Sequence record: SRR22947727_5003
DNA length: 46,728 nucleotides
Strand: one strand, 5' to 3'
Shown here piece after piece: positions 10,002-22,013 of this stretch. Position 1 is the first letter of the stretch; the number at the start of each line of letters is the position of its first letter. The translations under genes and the position numbers were made by a program. A model generated the notes under the pieces. That model ran no database searches, was not told the origin of the DNA, and saw nothing but the letters and a program-made list of their open reading frames with translations.

Positions 10002-10913
10002 CTACTCCTTGGTGGCCTGTGCGCGCTGTGACGCAAGCACCAAGTCTACGATGCTTTGGCCAGCTTCTTCTACCGTTTCATTGATTACCACGGCATCAAA
10101 CTCTTGCTGGCGGCGCAGCTCACGTTCCGCCGTGCCCAACCGACGGTTCCTCTCCGCTTCGTTCTCGGTTCCTCGAGTCTCTAAGCGTTCAGCTAAGACC
10201 TCAAAAGAGGGTGGGGCCACAAAGACCGAGACGGACCTCTTTATGGCCCGCTTTACCTGCTTGGCGCCCTGAACATCGATTTCTAGAATCACGTTCTTGC
10301 CCTCGTCAAGCAACGCCTCGACAGGAGCACGAGGTGTGCCGTAGTGATGCTCGTGGTGGACTATTGCCCATTCCAGAAGATCCCCGTTGTCAATCAGACT
10401 CTGGAACTGGTGCGGTGACACGAAGTAATAGTGTTCGCCTTCGCGCTCCCCCGGTCTCTGAGGGCGTGTCGTCGCGGAGACACTCAGCACAAATTCTGGG
10501 TAGTGCGAGGTAATCCACGACACGATGGTTCCTTTGCCCACACCACTGGGCCCTGCCAACACCACCAAAATCCCCCGCAGGTGTGGCAAATACCGTCGGT
10601 AGAGGTTCTGCACCTCAATACGGAGAGCCGCTCTCTGTCGCACGCGCAGACCGCCCAACGTTGCAGTGGGGCTCACACCGACGCGTTCGAGAACCTCTCG
10701 AGTCTTGGTAACACCAAAACCTGGGATCGAGCGGAGGAACCACTCGACACGGAGGCCTCGAATCACGGGATCAGTGTCAGGGTTTTCTGCGCTGTCATAG
10801 ACCTCGACCAAGCGGTGCTGACCGAGTCGCAGCGCCTTCTTGAAATTGGCCCTCGCCCGTCGCATCTCGACACCACGTCGGGACGCCTCCGCCGCATCAA
10901 ACGCCTGGCTCAC
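10002..10913 (-). CDS. gmk: Guanylate kinase fused to an N-terminal actinobacterial IHF (mIHF/sIHF-like H2TH) domain
   Basis: Residues ~114-303 carry [38 protein letters not shown] and RL..RGTE. Residues 1-~100 carry RR.RA..K..L..G, V..FL.SIPG.G..K..EVL, and LGGL..RQR.AL, typical of mIHF. Confidence 0.93.
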   Translation of the reverse strand: MSQAFDAAEASRRGVEMRRARANFKKALRLGQHRLVEVYDSAENPDTDPVIRGLRVEWFLRSIPGFGVTKTREVLERVGVSPTATLGGLRVRQRAALRIEVQNLYRRYLPHLRGILVVLAGPSGVGKGTIVSWITSHYPEFVLSVSATTRPQRPGEREGEHYYFVSPHQFQSLIDNGDLLEWAIVHHEHHYGTPRAPVEALLDEGKNVILEIDVQGAKQVKRAIKRSVSVFVAPPSFEVLAERLETRGTENEAERNRRLGTAERELRRQQEFDAVVINETVEEAGQSIVDLVLASQRAQATKE

Positions 10914-11719
10914 GAGTGAAGGTCCCCTTCTGCAGAGCGGACGGCGTCGGTAAAACCTGCCTCACCGGCGAGCAGAACAGATCGCGCGACTACTGCAAAC
11001 AGCGGTGAGGTGTCCGGAAAGAGAGTACTCGCCTGCGAAAGCTCAGCGCCCTGATAACCGAACCCCGGCGCCAGGATAGGCATCCCCGGATAGTCACTCA
11101 TATCGAAACCAAAGTCAGTGAGACTCACCGTCGCCCCGACCACAACTCCGAACCGGGACTGAGTGCCCGGATTATTCAGGACCCACTTCGACATATCATC
11201 CACAACACCGTGGGCGACACTCATGCCATCGGCGCGACGGGCTTTTTGTGCGTCTCCCGCCTCCGGATTGGATGTCGCAGCCAACACGAATACACCCTTG
11301 TCGTGTTCTGCAGCAAGACGGAGTGCGGGCTCGAGTGCGCCAACGCCCTGGTAGGGCACTGCCGTCAAGAAGTCCACCTCGAAATCAGATCCCGGTGCGA
11401 GCCATGCGTCCGCATAACCCGACATTGTCGAACCAATATCGCCCCGCTTCGCGTCACCGATGACCACAATTCCGAGCGCTCTCAGCTCTCCGATGAGCAC
11501 GGCGAGTTGCCGCATTCCTGCAACACCCAGCCGCTCAAAGAAGGCAACCTGCGGTTTCACTACCCGAACTCCGCTGTCGACCAGACCGGGAACTATTCTG
11601 CTGACAAACGAGGCCAGACCCGCGTCAGAATTAGCGCATCCCCACGCCTCCAACACCCTCGGGTGCGGATCAATTCCTACGCACAATGTGCGCAGTGAGC
11701 GGTTATGTTCGGCGCTCAC
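10910..11719 (-). CDS. pyrF: Orotidine 5'-phosphate decarboxylase
   Basis: [30 protein letters not shown] and [10 protein letters not shown] motifs. Confidence 0.96.
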   Translation of the reverse strand: MSAEHNRSLRTLCVGIDPHPRVLEAWGCANSDAGLASFVSRIVPGLVDSGVRVVKPQVAFFERLGVAGMRQLAVLIGELRALGIVVIGDAKRGDIGSTMSGYADAWLAPGSDFEVDFLTAVPYQGVGALEPALRLAAEHDKGVFVLAATSNPEAGDAQKARRADGMSVAHGVVDDMSKWVLNNPGTQSRFGVVVGATVSLTDFGFDMSDYPGMPILAPGFGYQGAELSQASTLFPDTSPLFAVVARSVLLAGEAGFTDAVRSAEGDLHS

Positions 11720-14700
11720 GAGGAAGCGAGGTCCCGCCGGCGTTGGTAGTCCTGGAGGCTGGTCACCTCTGGCGTGTCAGGTCTCTGCTCAAGCGACGCC
11801 ACAGCGGCACCCACCTGCGCAATCGTGGTGAACAGGGCTTTATCTGCGGCAACTGTGGCAGTTCGAATCTCGTAACCATCGGCTCTAGCACTTCGCCCAC
11901 GAGGTGTATTGATGACGATATCGATCTTGTTGTCCTGAATAAGGTCCACAACACTGGGCCCTTCTCCAGATCCGGACACCTCAGTGTGTTTCCGGACTAC
12001 CTCTGCCGAGATTCCATAGCGTCCGAGGGTCTCCGCAGTCCCCTCCGTCGCCATGAGGTGGAAGCCAAGCTGACTGAGCCGCAAGATCGGCAGAATCACA
12101 CTGCGTTTGTCTCTATCAGCAACTGACACGAATACCGTCCCAGACTGAGGGAGGCCGCCGTAGGCGGCGTCTTGGCTCTTGGCGAAAGCCTTGGGGAAGG
12201 TCGAGTCAATTCCCATGACCTCGCCGGTTGAGCGCATCTCCGGACCCAGTATGGAGTCAACAATGTCTCCAGATGGTGTCCTGAAGCGCTTGAACGGAAG
12301 CACGGCTTCTTTCACCGCGACGGGCGAATCCAATGGGGGTCTCCGGCCGTCGGTAGCGGGCAGGACGCCTGACTCGATTAGCGAAGCAATGCTAGATCCG
12401 GCCATCACGAGGGACGCAGCACGGGCGAGCTGAATTCCGAGGGCCTTCGAGACGAAGGGAACTGTCCGGCTCGCTCTGGGATTCGCCTCCAAGACGTAAA
12501 GAACACCAGCTGCTACGGCGAACTGAACGTTGATGAGACCTCGCACGCCAATCCCTTGAGAAAGTTTCTCGACCGCCTCGCATACTGTGTCGACAACATC
12601 GCGTCCCAGGGTTACCGGCGGCAGGGTGCAGGCGGAATCGCCCGAGTGGATTCCCGCTTCCTCGATGTGTTCCATGACGCCGCCGATGTAGAGCTGGTTT
12701 CCGTCATAGAGCGCGTCAACATCGATTTCCACAGCGTCGTCGAGGAAGCGATCTACCAGCAGGGGCGCCTCGGGCCCGACAATCGCAAACTCCGCAATTC
12801 GATCGAAGTAGTCCACCAAACTCGCGTGGTCGTAGACGATTTCCATCCCACGGCCTCCCAGAACATAACTGGGGCGTACGAGAACCGGATAGCCGATGTC
12901 CTGCGCGATAGCGAGTGCGTCTTCTACGTTGGTGGCGGTTCCATTCTTCGGGGCAACAAGTCCGGCTTCATCAAGAATCCGGGCAAAGGATCCTCGTTCT
13001 TCCGCGAGATCGATTGCGCTCGGCGAGGTACCCAGGATCGGTACACCCGCCTCCTCGAGTCCCTTAGCTAGACCCAAGGCTGTCTGACCACCAAGTTGCA
13101 CAAGAACACCCAGGAGGACTCCGCTCTGGCTCTCCTGGTGGATGACCTCGAGGACATCCTCCAAGGTCAGGGGTTCGAAATACAGACGATCGCTCGTGTC
13201 ATAGTCCGTTGATACTGTCTCGGGGTTGCAGTTGATCATGATCGTCTCAAACCCGGCGTCGTGGAGAGCAAAAGCGGCGTGAACGCAGGAGTAATCGAAC
13301 TCGATGCCCTGACCGATGCGATTGGGCCCAGATCCCAGGATGACAACCTTGGTCTTCTCCGACATCGTGACTTCGGATGAGAGGTCATAACTCGAGTAGT
13401 GATAGGGCGTGTACGCCGGGAATTCCCCAGCGCAGGTGTCGACTGTCTTGAACACTGGTCGCATCCCGAGCTCATGTCGGAGAGAACGCACTTCCGCTTC
13501 GGTGGTCCCCCGCAATTGGGCGATCTGCACGTCCGAAAGTCCGTGATCCTTTCCGTATCTCAGGAGATCGGAGGAGAGGTTTTCACCGGCGCGCACCTCC
13601 TCGGCAACCTCGTTGATGAGAGCAATCTGGTCCAGGAACCACGGGTCTATTCCTGTGGCGGCATATAAGTCTTCGACAGATGCACCCTGACGCAACGCCT
13701 GCTGGACCGTCACAATTCGACCATCCGTAGGAACACGGGAAATCTCCACCAGTTCCTTCGCGCTCCTCGACTGCTCCCCCCAGTGAAAGGAGCTTCCCCG
13801 CTGCTCGAGTGAGCGAAGTGCTTTGTTGAGAGCTTGAGAAAAGTTCCGACCCAGAGCCATAGCCTCGCCGACGGATTTCATCGTGGTCGTCAGCGTCCGG
13901 TCGGCCAGGGGGAACTTTTCAAAAGCAAACCGCGGCACCTTGACGACGACGTAATCCAGTGTTGGCTCGAACGATGCCGGCGTTACCTGGGTGATGTCGT
14001 TGGGAATTTCATCCAGGCGATACCCGAGCGCGAGTTTCGCCGCGATCTTCGCGATCGGAAAGCCCGTGGCTTTCGAAGCCAGTGCAGAACTTCTGGACAC
14101 CCTTGGGTTCATCTCGATGACGATGACCCGCCCTGTAGAGGGCTCAATCGCGAACTGAATATTGCACCCACCAGTGTCCACTCCCACCAGTCTGATGATT
14201 TGGATACCGATATCGCGCAGACGCTGGTACTCCCGGTCGGTCAGGGTGAGAGCAGGAGCGACAGTAATGGAGTCACCGGTGTGGACACCCACCGGGTCCA
14301 CGTTTTCGATCGAACAGACAACGACCGTGTTATCGGCGCTATCTCTCATGAGTTCGAGTTCGTACTCTTTCCACCCCAGTATCGACTCTTCCAGCAGGAC
14401 CTCGGTCGTCGGGCTTTGGTGGAGACCATCGGTCACCATCCGAACGAGTTCCTCTTGGTCATGAGCGAAGCCGGACCCCAAGCCGCCCATCGTGTAGGAG
14501 GGCCGAATCACGAGGGGATACCCCAGGTCTTCCGCGTACGTGATGGCATCCTGCACCGTGGTGGCGATATGGCTGCGGGCGACGTCGGCACCTGCCTCTA
14601 AGACAAGGTCCTTGAATATCTGCCGGTCTTCTCCTCGTTGAATGGCCTCAAACGAGGCTCCAATGAGCTCGACCCCGTACTTCTGGAGAATCCCTTCCGT

Positions 14701-15009
14701 GTGAAGAGCCATCGCGGCGTTCAACGCGGTCTGCCCCCCGAGCGTGGGAAGGATGGCGTCTGGCTTCTCCTTGGCAATGATCGCCTCGAGAACGGGCGTC
14801 GTGATGGGCTCAACATAAGTCTGATCTGCAAAACCCGGGTCCGTCATGATGGTGGCGGGGTTGGAGTTCACCAGGATGACCCGGATTCCCTCCTCCCGGA
14901 GCACTCGACATGCTTGCGTCCCGGAGTAGTCAAACTCCGCTGCCTGTCCGATGACGATCGGACCCGAGCCAATTACCAACACACTGTTGATGTCATCGCG
15001 CTTCGGCAT
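11716..15009 (-). CDS. carB: Carbamoyl-phosphate synthase large subunit
   Basis: [26 protein letters not shown], duplicated ATP-grasp halves and a C-terminal MGS domain. Confidence 0.99.
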   Translation of the reverse strand: MPKRDDINSVLVIGSGPIVIGQAAEFDYSGTQACRVLREEGIRVILVNSNPATIMTDPGFADQTYVEPITTPVLEAIIAKEKPDAILPTLGGQTALNAAMALHTEGILQKYGVELIGASFEAIQRGEDRQIFKDLVLEAGADVARSHIATTVQDAITYAEDLGYPLVIRPSYTMGGLGSGFAHDQEELVRMVTDGLHQSPTTEVLLEESILGWKEYELELMRDSADNTVVVCSIENVDPVGVHTGDSITVAPALTLTDREYQRLRDIGIQIIRLVGVDTGGCNIQFAIEPSTGRVIVIEMNPRVSRSSALASKATGFPIAKIAAKLALGYRLDEIPNDITQVTPASFEPTLDYVVVKVPRFAFEKFPLADRTLTTTMKSVGEAMALGRNFSQALNKALRSLEQRGSSFHWGEQSRSAKELVEISRVPTDGRIVTVQQALRQGASVEDLYAATGIDPWFLDQIALINEVAEEVRAGENLSSDLLRYGKDHGLSDVQIAQLRGTTEAEVRSLRHELGMRPVFKTVDTCAGEFPAYTPYHYSSYDLSSEVTMSEKTKVVILGSGPNRIGQGIEFDYSCVHAAFALHDAGFETIMINCNPETVSTDYDTSDRLYFEPLTLEDVLEVIHQESQSGVLLGVLVQLGGQTALGLAKGLEEAGVPILGTSPSAIDLAEERGSFARILDEAGLVAPKNGTATNVEDALAIAQDIGYPVLVRPSYVLGGRGMEIVYDHASLVDYFDRIAEFAIVGPEAPLLVDRFLDDAVEIDVDALYDGNQLYIGGVMEHIEEAGIHSGDSACTLPPVTLGRDVVDTVCEAVEKLSQGIGVRGLINVQFAVAAGVLYVLEANPRASRTVPFVSKALGIQLARAASLVMAGSSIASLIESGVLPATDGRRPPLDSPVAVKEAVLPFKRFRTPSGDIVDSILGPEMRSTGEVMGIDSTFPKAFAKSQDAAYGGLPQSGTVFVSVADRDKRSVILPILRLSQLGFHLMATEGTAETLGRYGISAEVVRKHTEVSGSGEGPSVVDLIQDNKIDIVINTPRGRSARADGYEIRTATVAADKALFTTIAQVGAAVASLEQRPDTPEVTSLQDYQRRRDLASS

Positions 15010-16160
15010 TACCGACCACCCTTCGAAGTAGTGGTCATCTCGCCTTGAACGAGGTCTCTAAACCTGTCGAACAGGTACGTGGAATCATGGGGCCCCGCAG
15101 CCGCTTCTGGGTGGTACTGCACAGAGAAAGCTGGGATATCGAGTGCCGTGAGTCCTTCAACAACATCGTCGTTCAGACTCACGTGGCTTACCTGCACCTT
15201 CCCAAAGCCAGCGGGCGACTCCACGACCCCCTCGCGGGGCGCGTCGACCGCGAAACCATGGTTTTGCGCGGTGATCTCAACTTTCCCCGTTGTTCTATCG
15301 ACAACCGGCTGATTGATGCCGCGATGTCCATACTTCAGCTTGTAGGTATCGAACCCCAGCGCTCGCCCCAGGAGCTGATTACCAAAGCAAATCCCAAAGA
15401 AGGGCAACCGGTCCCCGAGCGCACTCTTCAAGAGCGAGACGTGGTGATCACTGGCGGACGGGTCACCAGGGCCATTTGAATAGAACAGCGCCACAGGGTC
15501 AAGAGACATCACGTCCTCATAGGACGCGCTCGAGGGAAGCACATGGACGTCAAAACCTCTCGCCGCAAGGTGATGCAGAGTCGATTCCTTCACCCCCAGA
15601 TCAATTACGGCCAATCTTCCAAGTGACGCACCCACCGCGGGCACGACGCGCATCTCGTTGACGCTCACTTGGTCGGAGAGGTTCTTGCCCTTCATGTCCG
15701 GCGCTGTGCGCACTTTGTCGAGCAGCTCCTCTGAATCAAGGTCGATACCTGCGCCACTGAAGATTCCTCCTCGCATGACCCCGGCCTCGCGCAAAATGAG
15801 CGTAATCGCACGGGTATCAACCCCGCTGATGCTGACAATTCCATCCGACACGAGGTCTTCGTCGAGACTTCTCGTCGAGCGGAAGTTGGACGGTCGACGC
15901 GCAGGATCGCGCACGACAAAGCCGTCCACCCAGATCCTCCGGGACTCGGGGTCTTCATCATTCATGCCGGTATTGCCGATATGTGGCGCGGTCATGACGA
16001 CAATCTGACCTGCATAGCTCGGGTCTGTCAGAGTTTCTTGGTAGCCCGTCATGCCTGTGGAGAACACCACTTCACCGAGGGTCTCACCTCGCGCTCCCCA
16101 GGCATTGCCCTCAAATCGGCTGCCATCTTCCAACACCAGTACTGCACGGTCTCTTGTCAC
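15009..16160 (-). CDS. carA: Carbamoyl-phosphate synthase small subunit
   Basis: [34 protein letters not shown] and SVQYHPE motifs. Confidence 0.98.
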   Translation of the reverse strand: MTRDRAVLVLEDGSRFEGNAWGARGETLGEVVFSTGMTGYQETLTDPSYAGQIVVMTAPHIGNTGMNDEDPESRRIWVDGFVVRDPARRPSNFRSTRSLDEDLVSDGIVSISGVDTRAITLILREAGVMRGGIFSGAGIDLDSEELLDKVRTAPDMKGKNLSDQVSVNEMRVVPAVGASLGRLAVIDLGVKESTLHHLAARGFDVHVLPSSASYEDVMSLDPVALFYSNGPGDPSASDHHVSLLKSALGDRLPFFGICFGNQLLGRALGFDTYKLKYGHRGINQPVVDRTTGKVEITAQNHGFAVDAPREGVVESPAGFGKVQVSHVSLNDDVVEGLTALDIPAFSVQYHPEAAAGPHDSTYLFDRFRDLVQGEMTTTSKGGR

Positions 16161-16648
16161 TCAGTTTTTCCCCTCATTGAATTCACAGTGTCCACAATGG
16201 CGTTCGGATTTGTCTCCGTGACCCGGAGATAGCTATCAACCTCGGTTTCTCCGAGATTCCACCGAATCATGACCAAGCCCTCGGGCTCCACCACTCGATC
16301 GATGGTCCAGGTCGCCAGCCCTGCCTGGATTCCACCCTTCGCATCCAGCAACACAGGATCCTCCCCGTGCGCACCGATAACCATTCCCTCAGGGTGGAGA
16401 GAGAACCTCGCCTTTGCCCTGAAGCTCAAGGGCCCTACAGGAATACGATCCATGGGCTTATTCGCAACGGTCGTGGCGACGTAGAGGCCGTCAAAGGAAA
16501 GCAAGGGAGGTGAACCGGGAAGCTCTCGTATCAAGGCCCCTTCTAGGTGGTGGAAACGGCGCCGCCTGTTGTGCCATCCCCACCAGGCAAGCCCCAAAAG
16601 TAGGAGCGCAAGGGCAATCATCATGCTCGCGGCGATTTCCTGTGTCAT
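16157..16648 (-). CDS. Conserved actinobacterial membrane-anchored protein of the pyr operon (PH-like fold predicted; function unknown)
   Basis: N-terminal hydrophobic helix followed by WWGW..RRRR, then YVATT....MDRI...L.FR and IDRVVE..GL..IRW.LG...VDSY.R. Occupies the usual position between pyrC and carA. Confidence 0.8.
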   Translation of the reverse strand: MTQEIAASMMIALALLLLGLAWWGWHNRRRRFHHLEGALIRELPGSPPLLSFDGLYVATTVANKPMDRIPVGPLSFRAKARFSLHPEGMVIGAHGEDPVLLDAKGGIQAGLATWTIDRVVEPEGLVMIRWNLGETEVDSYLRVTETNPNAIVDTVNSMRGKTE

Positions 16649-17943
16649 TCGGACTTCTCCTCCAGCTCCACAAGCTGGCCATCGGTCACGGTCTGGACAC
16701 CCGAATAAAAGGTGTGCACGACTCTGCCGACCAGTTCCTGATCCCGATACGGGTTATTACTGCTCAAACTACCGTGTGGCTCCCCAGCGAATCCTGCGGG
16801 GTCCACCACGGTGAGATGGGCCGGTTGTCCCACTGCCAGTGGCGCGCTGTATCCCGAGACCCGACCGATCTGTGCGGGGGTGGTGGACATAATTCTGGCG
16901 ACTGTGTCGAGAGACACCAGTCCAGGCTTGACCAAGGTGGTCATCACGACCGCAAGAGCGCTCTCAAGACCCAACATGCCGAACGCGCCCTCGGGGAAGC
17001 TACAGTCTTTTGCTTCGCTGGGGTGTGGAGCGTGGTCGGTGGCGACAATATCAATCACACCCGAGGCAACTCCTTCGCGGAGGGCAATAACGTCCTCGCT
17101 CCTCCGAAGCGGAGGATTCACCTTGTACAGCGGATCGAAGCTGGAGACGAGGTCTTCTGTCAGCAGGAGGTGGTGGGGCGTCACTTCCGCCGTGACCGCG
17201 ATTCCCCTTTTCTTTGCCCACTTCACGACCTCCAGTGAGCCCGCGGTCGAAAGATGACAAATATGGATTCTGGCTCCCACGGACTCGGCCAGGAGCACAT
17301 CCCTAGCGATAATCGACTCTTCAGCGACTGCAGGCCACCCTTCGAGCCCGAGCGAGGCAGCCAGGGGCCCATCGTTCATCTGAGCACCCTCAGTCAAACG
17401 AGGGTCCTGGGCGTGTTGCGCTATCACCGCGTCGAGGCTGGTGGCTTGCTCGAGAGCGCGCCTCATCAGACCTGAGTCATGCACGCATTTTCCGTCATCC
17501 GAAAACACTCTTACCTTCGGAAGAGAGCGAGCCATTGAACCCAGTGACGCCAAAGCTTCACCCGCAAGACCTTTGGTCACGGCGCCCACCGGTCTTACGT
17601 CCACATACCCTGCCGCGCGACCCCATTGCCAGACCTGGGTTACCAGTTCTGATGTATCTGCAACCGGAACCGTATTCGCCATCGCGTGAACGGCGGTGTA
17701 ACCGCCCAGAGCGGCAGCTCTCGACCCGCTGCGAACAGTCTCCGCCTGCTCTCCTCCGGGTTGACGAAGGTGTGTGTGCAGATCTACAAATCCAGGCAGC
17801 GCAACTAGGCCTGACGCGTCAATAACTCGAGCCTTTGCAGAGCCCTTGACTCCAGAGGGCTCAACAAAGACTCCGTCAGCAATCGCGATATCCGCCACTT
17901 CCCCACCCATCAGTGAGAGGCCAGTAATCACGGTCGTCGTCAT
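16645..17943 (-). CDS. pyrC: Dihydroorotase
   Basis: [37 protein letters not shown] and ATDHAPH motifs. Confidence 0.97.
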   Translation of the reverse strand: MTTTVITGLSLMGGEVADIAIADGVFVEPSGVKGSAKARVIDASGLVALPGFVDLHTHLRQPGGEQAETVRSGSRAAALGGYTAVHAMANTVPVADTSELVTQVWQWGRAAGYVDVRPVGAVTKGLAGEALASLGSMARSLPKVRVFSDDGKCVHDSGLMRRALEQATSLDAVIAQHAQDPRLTEGAQMNDGPLAASLGLEGWPAVAEESIIARDVLLAESVGARIHICHLSTAGSLEVVKWAKKRGIAVTAEVTPHHLLLTEDLVSSFDPLYKVNPPLRRSEDVIALREGVASGVIDIVATDHAPHPSEAKDCSFPEGAFGMLGLESALAVVMTTLVKPGLVSLDTVARIMSTTPAQIGRVSGYSAPLAVGQPAHLTVVDPAGFAGEPHGSLSSNNPYRDQELVGRVVHTFYSGVQTVTDGQLVELEEKSE

Positions 17944-18878
17944 TTCTCACCACCCCAAACCTCAAACAGAACTGCCATTCGAAGAGCCACACCGTTGCGA
18001 ACCTGATCCAGGATGACCGACCGCGATGAGTCGGCCACATCCGAAGCAATCTCGACTCCCCGGTTCATGGGTCCGGGATGCATCACGATCGCGTGCTCCG
18101 CCAGCCTGTTGGCTCGATCCTTGGTGAGCGAGTAATTGCGAACATAGTTTCCCGATGCTGGCTGGAATTCACCCTTGATCCGCTCCTTCTGAATCCTGAG
18201 CATCATGATGGCATCAGGGCTTTCGTCGATGACCGAGTCCAAATCAGAGCTGGTCGCCACCGGCCATCCCTCGATACCACTCGGTATCAATTCGGGAGGC
18301 CCCACGACCGTGACCCGAGCTCCGAGAGTGTTGAGCAAAACGACATTTGACCGAGCGACTCTCGAGTGAGCGATATCCCCCACTATCGCCACGTGAAGAC
18401 CCGAAAGGTCAGACCCTCGAGCTTTTGAGACCAGCCGCTCACGGATCGTTGCGGCATCCAGAAGTGCTTGGGTGGGATGCTCATGGGTTCCGTCACCCGC
18501 GTTGATGATGGCGGCCTCTACCCATCCAGAGTGCGCAAGACGGTGAGCTGCGCCCGAGGAGAAGTGCCGCACGACAATGATGTCGGCACCCATTGCCTCG
18601 ACCGTCTGGGCCGTATCCTTCAGGCTTTCACCCTTGGAAACACTCGAGCCCTGGACCTGGAACGTCATCACATCCGCAGAAAGCCTCTTGGCTGCTGCTT
18701 CGAAGGACAAACGTGTTCTGGTTGAGTCCTCAAAGAACAGATTGACCATCGTCACACCGCGCAGCGTGGGGAGCTTCGGGACAGAGCGGTTAGCCACGTC
18801 AGAGAAATCCTGTGCGACATCGAGCAGGCGCACCGCGTCATCTCGCGTCAGGTCTTGTGCACTCAGCAGGTGCTTCAC
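17940..18878 (-). CDS. pyrB: Aspartate carbamoyltransferase catalytic subunit
   Basis: [31 protein letters not shown] and HPGPMNRG motifs. Confidence 0.98.
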   Translation of the reverse strand: MKHLLSAQDLTRDDAVRLLDVAQDFSDVANRSVPKLPTLRGVTMVNLFFEDSTRTRLSFEAAAKRLSADVMTFQVQGSSVSKGESLKDTAQTVEAMGADIIVVRHFSSGAAHRLAHSGWVEAAIINAGDGTHEHPTQALLDAATIRERLVSKARGSDLSGLHVAIVGDIAHSRVARSNVVLLNTLGARVTVVGPPELIPSGIEGWPVATSSDLDSVIDESPDAIMMLRIQKERIKGEFQPASGNYVRNYSLTKDRANRLAEHAIVMHPGPMNRGVEIASDVADSSRSVILDQVRNGVALRMAVLFEVWGGEK

Positions 18879-19405
18879 GACACCACCTGTACTTCCTCGT
18901 CGCCGTCAGTCTCGAGGAGCCGAACGGTGATTCGCTCACCGAGCGCGGAAGGGAGATTCTTACCCACATGATCGGCTCTGATCGGGAGCTCTCGATGGCC
19001 CCGATCAACCAGCACGGCCAGCTTCACCATGGTGGGTCGACCAATCGCAGTCAACGCGTCGAGGGCAGCGCGAACCGTCCGCCCAGAGAACAAAACGTCA
19101 TCCACCAGAACACAAACCGAATCGTCAATCCCCTGGTCAGGGATCACCGTGGCAACGGGAGAGCGATGTCCGCCTCGATGAAGGTCATCCCGATACATCG
19201 TCACGTCGAGAATGCCATGGGGCACAGGAGTGCCAGAGATTGATTCGATCATTTGAGCAAGCCGTTCGGACAAGACTGCCCCTCGGGTGGGGATGCCCAA
19301 CAAGACAAGCTTCTCGGTAGCGGGAACTGCTTCCACGATTTCATGAGCAATGCGACGGAGGGTGCGATCGATGTCTGACCCTGTGAGAACGGTACGCGCG
19401 CTCAT
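18875..19405 (-). CDS. pyrR: Pyrimidine regulatory protein / uracil phosphoribosyltransferase
   Basis: [38 protein letters not shown] and [12 protein letters not shown] motifs. Confidence 0.97.
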   Translation of the reverse strand: MSARTVLTGSDIDRTLRRIAHEIVEAVPATEKLVLLGIPTRGAVLSERLAQMIESISGTPVPHGILDVTMYRDDLHRGGHRSPVATVIPDQGIDDSVCVLVDDVLFSGRTVRAALDALTAIGRPTMVKLAVLVDRGHRELPIRADHVGKNLPSALGERITVRLLETDGDEEVQVVS

Positions 19406-19410
19406 CGAGC

Positions 19411-19444
19411 CCTCCTTTCGCGCCTCACAGGACGCAGGTTAAAG
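19411..19444 (-). promoter_or_regulatory. PyrR-binding stem-loop overlapping the pyrR Shine-Dalgarno sequence
   Basis: The minus strand reads CUUUAACCUGCGUCCUGUGAGGCGCGAAAGGAGG. It has CUUUAA, a GUCCnGnGAGG core and AAAG, with the GGAGG SD at its 3' edge. Candidate -10 TAACCT at 19461-19466. Confidence 0.85.
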
Positions 19445-19487
19445 CAGGTCTGCTCCCCCTAGGTTAGCGCACCACAGGAGCCTCGCG

Positions 19488-19907
19488 CTAGGCGCGCTCG
19501 GAGGTTGCGGCAATTGCCGCAAGAATTCCATGCACAAAACCCGAAGAAGCCTCGGTACTCAGCTCATTCACCAGCTCAACGGCCTCGGCGATCGCCACCG
19601 CGGTGGGGATGTCAGGGTTGTGAAGAATCTCCCAGGTGGCAACACGCAGCACGGCGCGATCCACCGTGGGCATGCGCTCGAGTGGCCACGACTGAGAAGT
19701 ATCCCGAAGTAGCTGATCAACGCTCTCACCATGGGCGATCATCCCACCCACAATCATCTGAGCGTAATCCCAGGATGATGAACGTTCAGGTTCGCTCTGC
19801 GCTCTCGCCTGGGCTGCGAGGAGCGCTTCCTCCAGCGGTTGTTCGTTGATGTCCGCGCTAAAGAGAATGTCGAGGGCGCGCTTTCGGGCCTTATGCCGCG
19901 CACTCAC
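19488..19907 (-). CDS. nusB: Transcription antitermination factor
   Basis: [33 protein letters not shown]...LST and FVHGIL motifs. efp-nusB synteny. Confidence 0.96.
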   Translation of the reverse strand: MSARHKARKRALDILFSADINEQPLEEALLAAQARAQSEPERSSSWDYAQMIVGGMIAHGESVDQLLRDTSQSWPLERMPTVDRAVLRVATWEILHNPDIPTAVAIAEAVELVNELSTEASSGFVHGILAAIAATSERA

Positions 19908-20470
19908 TCGTCTGACACTCGCCCGAGGTAGTCTCCGGTCCTCGTGTCCACCTTGACTTTCGTTCCCTGCTCGACGAAGAGCGGTACCTGAATTTCGAAA
20001 CCCGTCTCCAGGGTTGCCGGCTTGGTTCCCCCTGTGGAGCGATCTCCCTGGAGCCCAGGCTCGCTATAGGTGATTTCCAGCACAACGGAGGCAGGAAGGT
20101 CAACATACAAGGGCTCTCCGTCGTGCATCGCGATGGTGACCGATTGGTTGGAGAGCATAAAGTTTGCCGCGTCACCCACCACAGGACCGGGGACGGTTAC
20201 TTGGTCATAATCGCTCTGGTCCATGAAGACATAGTCAGCGCCGTCCTCATAGAGGAAGGTGTAGTCGCGGCGGTCAACCACCGCAAAGTCGATCTTGGTG
20301 CCGGCATTGAATGTCTTGTCGACGACTTTGCCCGAGCGGACGTTCTTCATCTTCGTGCGAACGAAAGCACCGCCTTTTCCAGGCTTGACGTGCTGGAACT
20401 CCACAACAGCCCAGAGCTGACCCTCAAGATTCAATACGCTTCCGTTTTTGATGTCGTTTGTCGTCGCCAC
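19904..20470 (-). CDS. efp: Elongation factor P
   Basis: [32 protein letters not shown] and VPLF...G..VKVDTR.G.Y..R motifs. Confidence 0.98.
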   Translation of the reverse strand: MATTNDIKNGSVLNLEGQLWAVVEFQHVKPGKGGAFVRTKMKNVRSGKVVDKTFNAGTKIDFAVVDRRDYTFLYEDGADYVFMDQSDYDQVTVPGPVVGDAANFMLSNQSVTIAMHDGEPLYVDLPASVVLEITYSEPGLQGDRSTGGTKPATLETGFEIQVPLFVEQGTKVKVDTRTGDYLGRVSDE

Positions 20471-20471
20471 G

Positions 20472-20918
20472 TTAGTGCCTCTCTAGCAGTGTCAGGATGT
20501 GGGAAAGTGCGAGGTGATAGGACTGGTCTCCAAAGCCCGCAATCACGCCGCGAGCAGCACCAGAGATGACCGAGGTGTGGCGGAAGGATTCGCGCGCGTG
20601 AGGGTTGGAGAGGTGCACCTCTATGAGAGGCGTTCCCGTCTCAGCCACAATCTGGCACGCATCGCGCAAGGCGTAGGAGTAGTGGGTGAACGCCGCGGGG
20701 TTGAAGATCACTGGTGTGCGGGAGTCCGCGGCCTCGTGGAGCCAACCAATGAGCGTTGCTTCGTCATCACTCTGCCGAAAGTCCAGTGTGATGTCCGTAG
20801 GAAGCGCCTTGTGAAGACCCTGCTCAATGTCCGGCAGTGTCTGAGACCCGTAGATATCTGGTTCCCTCGACCCTAGGCGACCAAGGTTGGGCCCATTGAG
20901 GACCATGATGCTCGTCAT
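20472..20918 (-). CDS. aroQ: Type II 3-dehydroquinate dehydratase
   Basis: [23 protein letters not shown] and EVHLSN..ARE.FRH.S motifs. Confidence 0.97.
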   Translation of the reverse strand: MTSIMVLNGPNLGRLGSREPDIYGSQTLPDIEQGLHKALPTDITLDFRQSDDEATLIGWLHEAADSRTPVIFNPAAFTHYSYALRDACQIVAETGTPLIEVHLSNPHARESFRHTSVISGAARGVIAGFGDQSYHLALSHILTLLERH

Positions 20919-20927
20919 GCCACCAGC

Positions 20928-22013
20928 CTAGCTCTCGGAGGAGCCAAGCTCTTGATAAGCCGCAAACAGCACCGATTCATCAGGGATGGCCAGAACGCGG
21001 GGCTTTCCGGGGGCATCCAGCACCACAAAGCGCACGACACCACCCCTCGCCTTCTTGTCTTTTTGCATGCTGGCCAGAAGAGTCCGCCAGCGCCCCTGAG
21101 GGTAGTCCAGGGGAAGGCCCAGCTGCCCCAGAATCCTCCGGTGACGATCGACGTCCTCATCCCCAAGGTTGGCGACAATCCGCGAGAGTTCCGCAGCAAA
21201 CACCATCCCAATCGAAATCGCTACGCCGTGACGCCATTGGTAGCGCTCCGCGTGCTCAATCGCATGTCCCAGGGTGTGCCCGTAATTGAGGATCTCCCGA
21301 AGGCCTGATTCACGAAAATCATCCCCCACCACAGCAGCCTTCACGGCGATTGCGCGCTGCACGAGCTCCACAAACACCTCTGACGCAGTATCGAGAACTT
21401 CTGCGGGGTGAGACTCGATGAGGTCAAGAATCACAGGATCAGAGATGAATCCACACTTCACCACCTCAGCGAGTCCCGCTCTCACGTCATTTTCGCTCAA
21501 CCCTGCCAACACGTCGGTGTCAGCAATAACGGCGTCCGGGGAGTAGAACACGCCCACCAGGTTTTTGCCCTCCTGGGTATTCACACCTGTTTTTCCACCC
21601 ACGGCAGCATCCACCATGCCGAGGACCGTTGTAGGAACTTGGATGAGCGGAACACCACGCAACCAGGCTGCTGCTACAAAACCCGCAAGATCAGTAGTTG
21701 CACCACCTCCGAGACCCAGAATGGCGTCATTGCGCTGAAAATCGAGTTGTCCCAAGATTCCCCAGCAAAAGGCCGCCACCTCGACACGCTTTGCGCCTTC
21801 AGCATCGGGAATTTCGACCAGAAACACCTCGCGGCCCACACTCAACTGTTCTTTGAGTTCGTCCGCGATTCGTCCGAGCGCCGGAGCGTGAATAATCAGG
21901 AGCTTTTTGGCATCACCAGGGATGTGCTCGCCAATCTGGGACATGGCCCCAGGGCCCACGATGACGGGGTAATCACCCTGTGTCGCGTTACTGACAGTAA
22001 TGGTGTGTGTCAT
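20928..22013 (-). CDS. aroB: 3-dehydroquinate synthase
   Basis: GGGATTDLAGF, PTT...VDAAVGGKTG and LNYGHTLGHAIE motifs. Confidence 0.97.
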   Translation of the reverse strand: MTHTITVSNATQGDYPVIVGPGAMSQIGEHIPGDAKKLLIIHAPALGRIADELKEQLSVGREVFLVEIPDAEGAKRVEVAAFCWGILGQLDFQRNDAILGLGGGATTDLAGFVAAAWLRGVPLIQVPTTVLGMVDAAVGGKTGVNTQEGKNLVGVFYSPDAVIADTDVLAGLSENDVRAGLAEVVKCGFISDPVILDLIESHPAEVLDTASEVFVELVQRAIAVKAAVVGDDFRESGLREILNYGHTLGHAIEHAERYQWRHGVAISIGMVFAAELSRIVANLGDEDVDRHRRILGQLGLPLDYPQGRWRTLLASMQKDKKARGGVVRFVVLDAPGKPRVLAIPDESVLFAAYQELGSSES

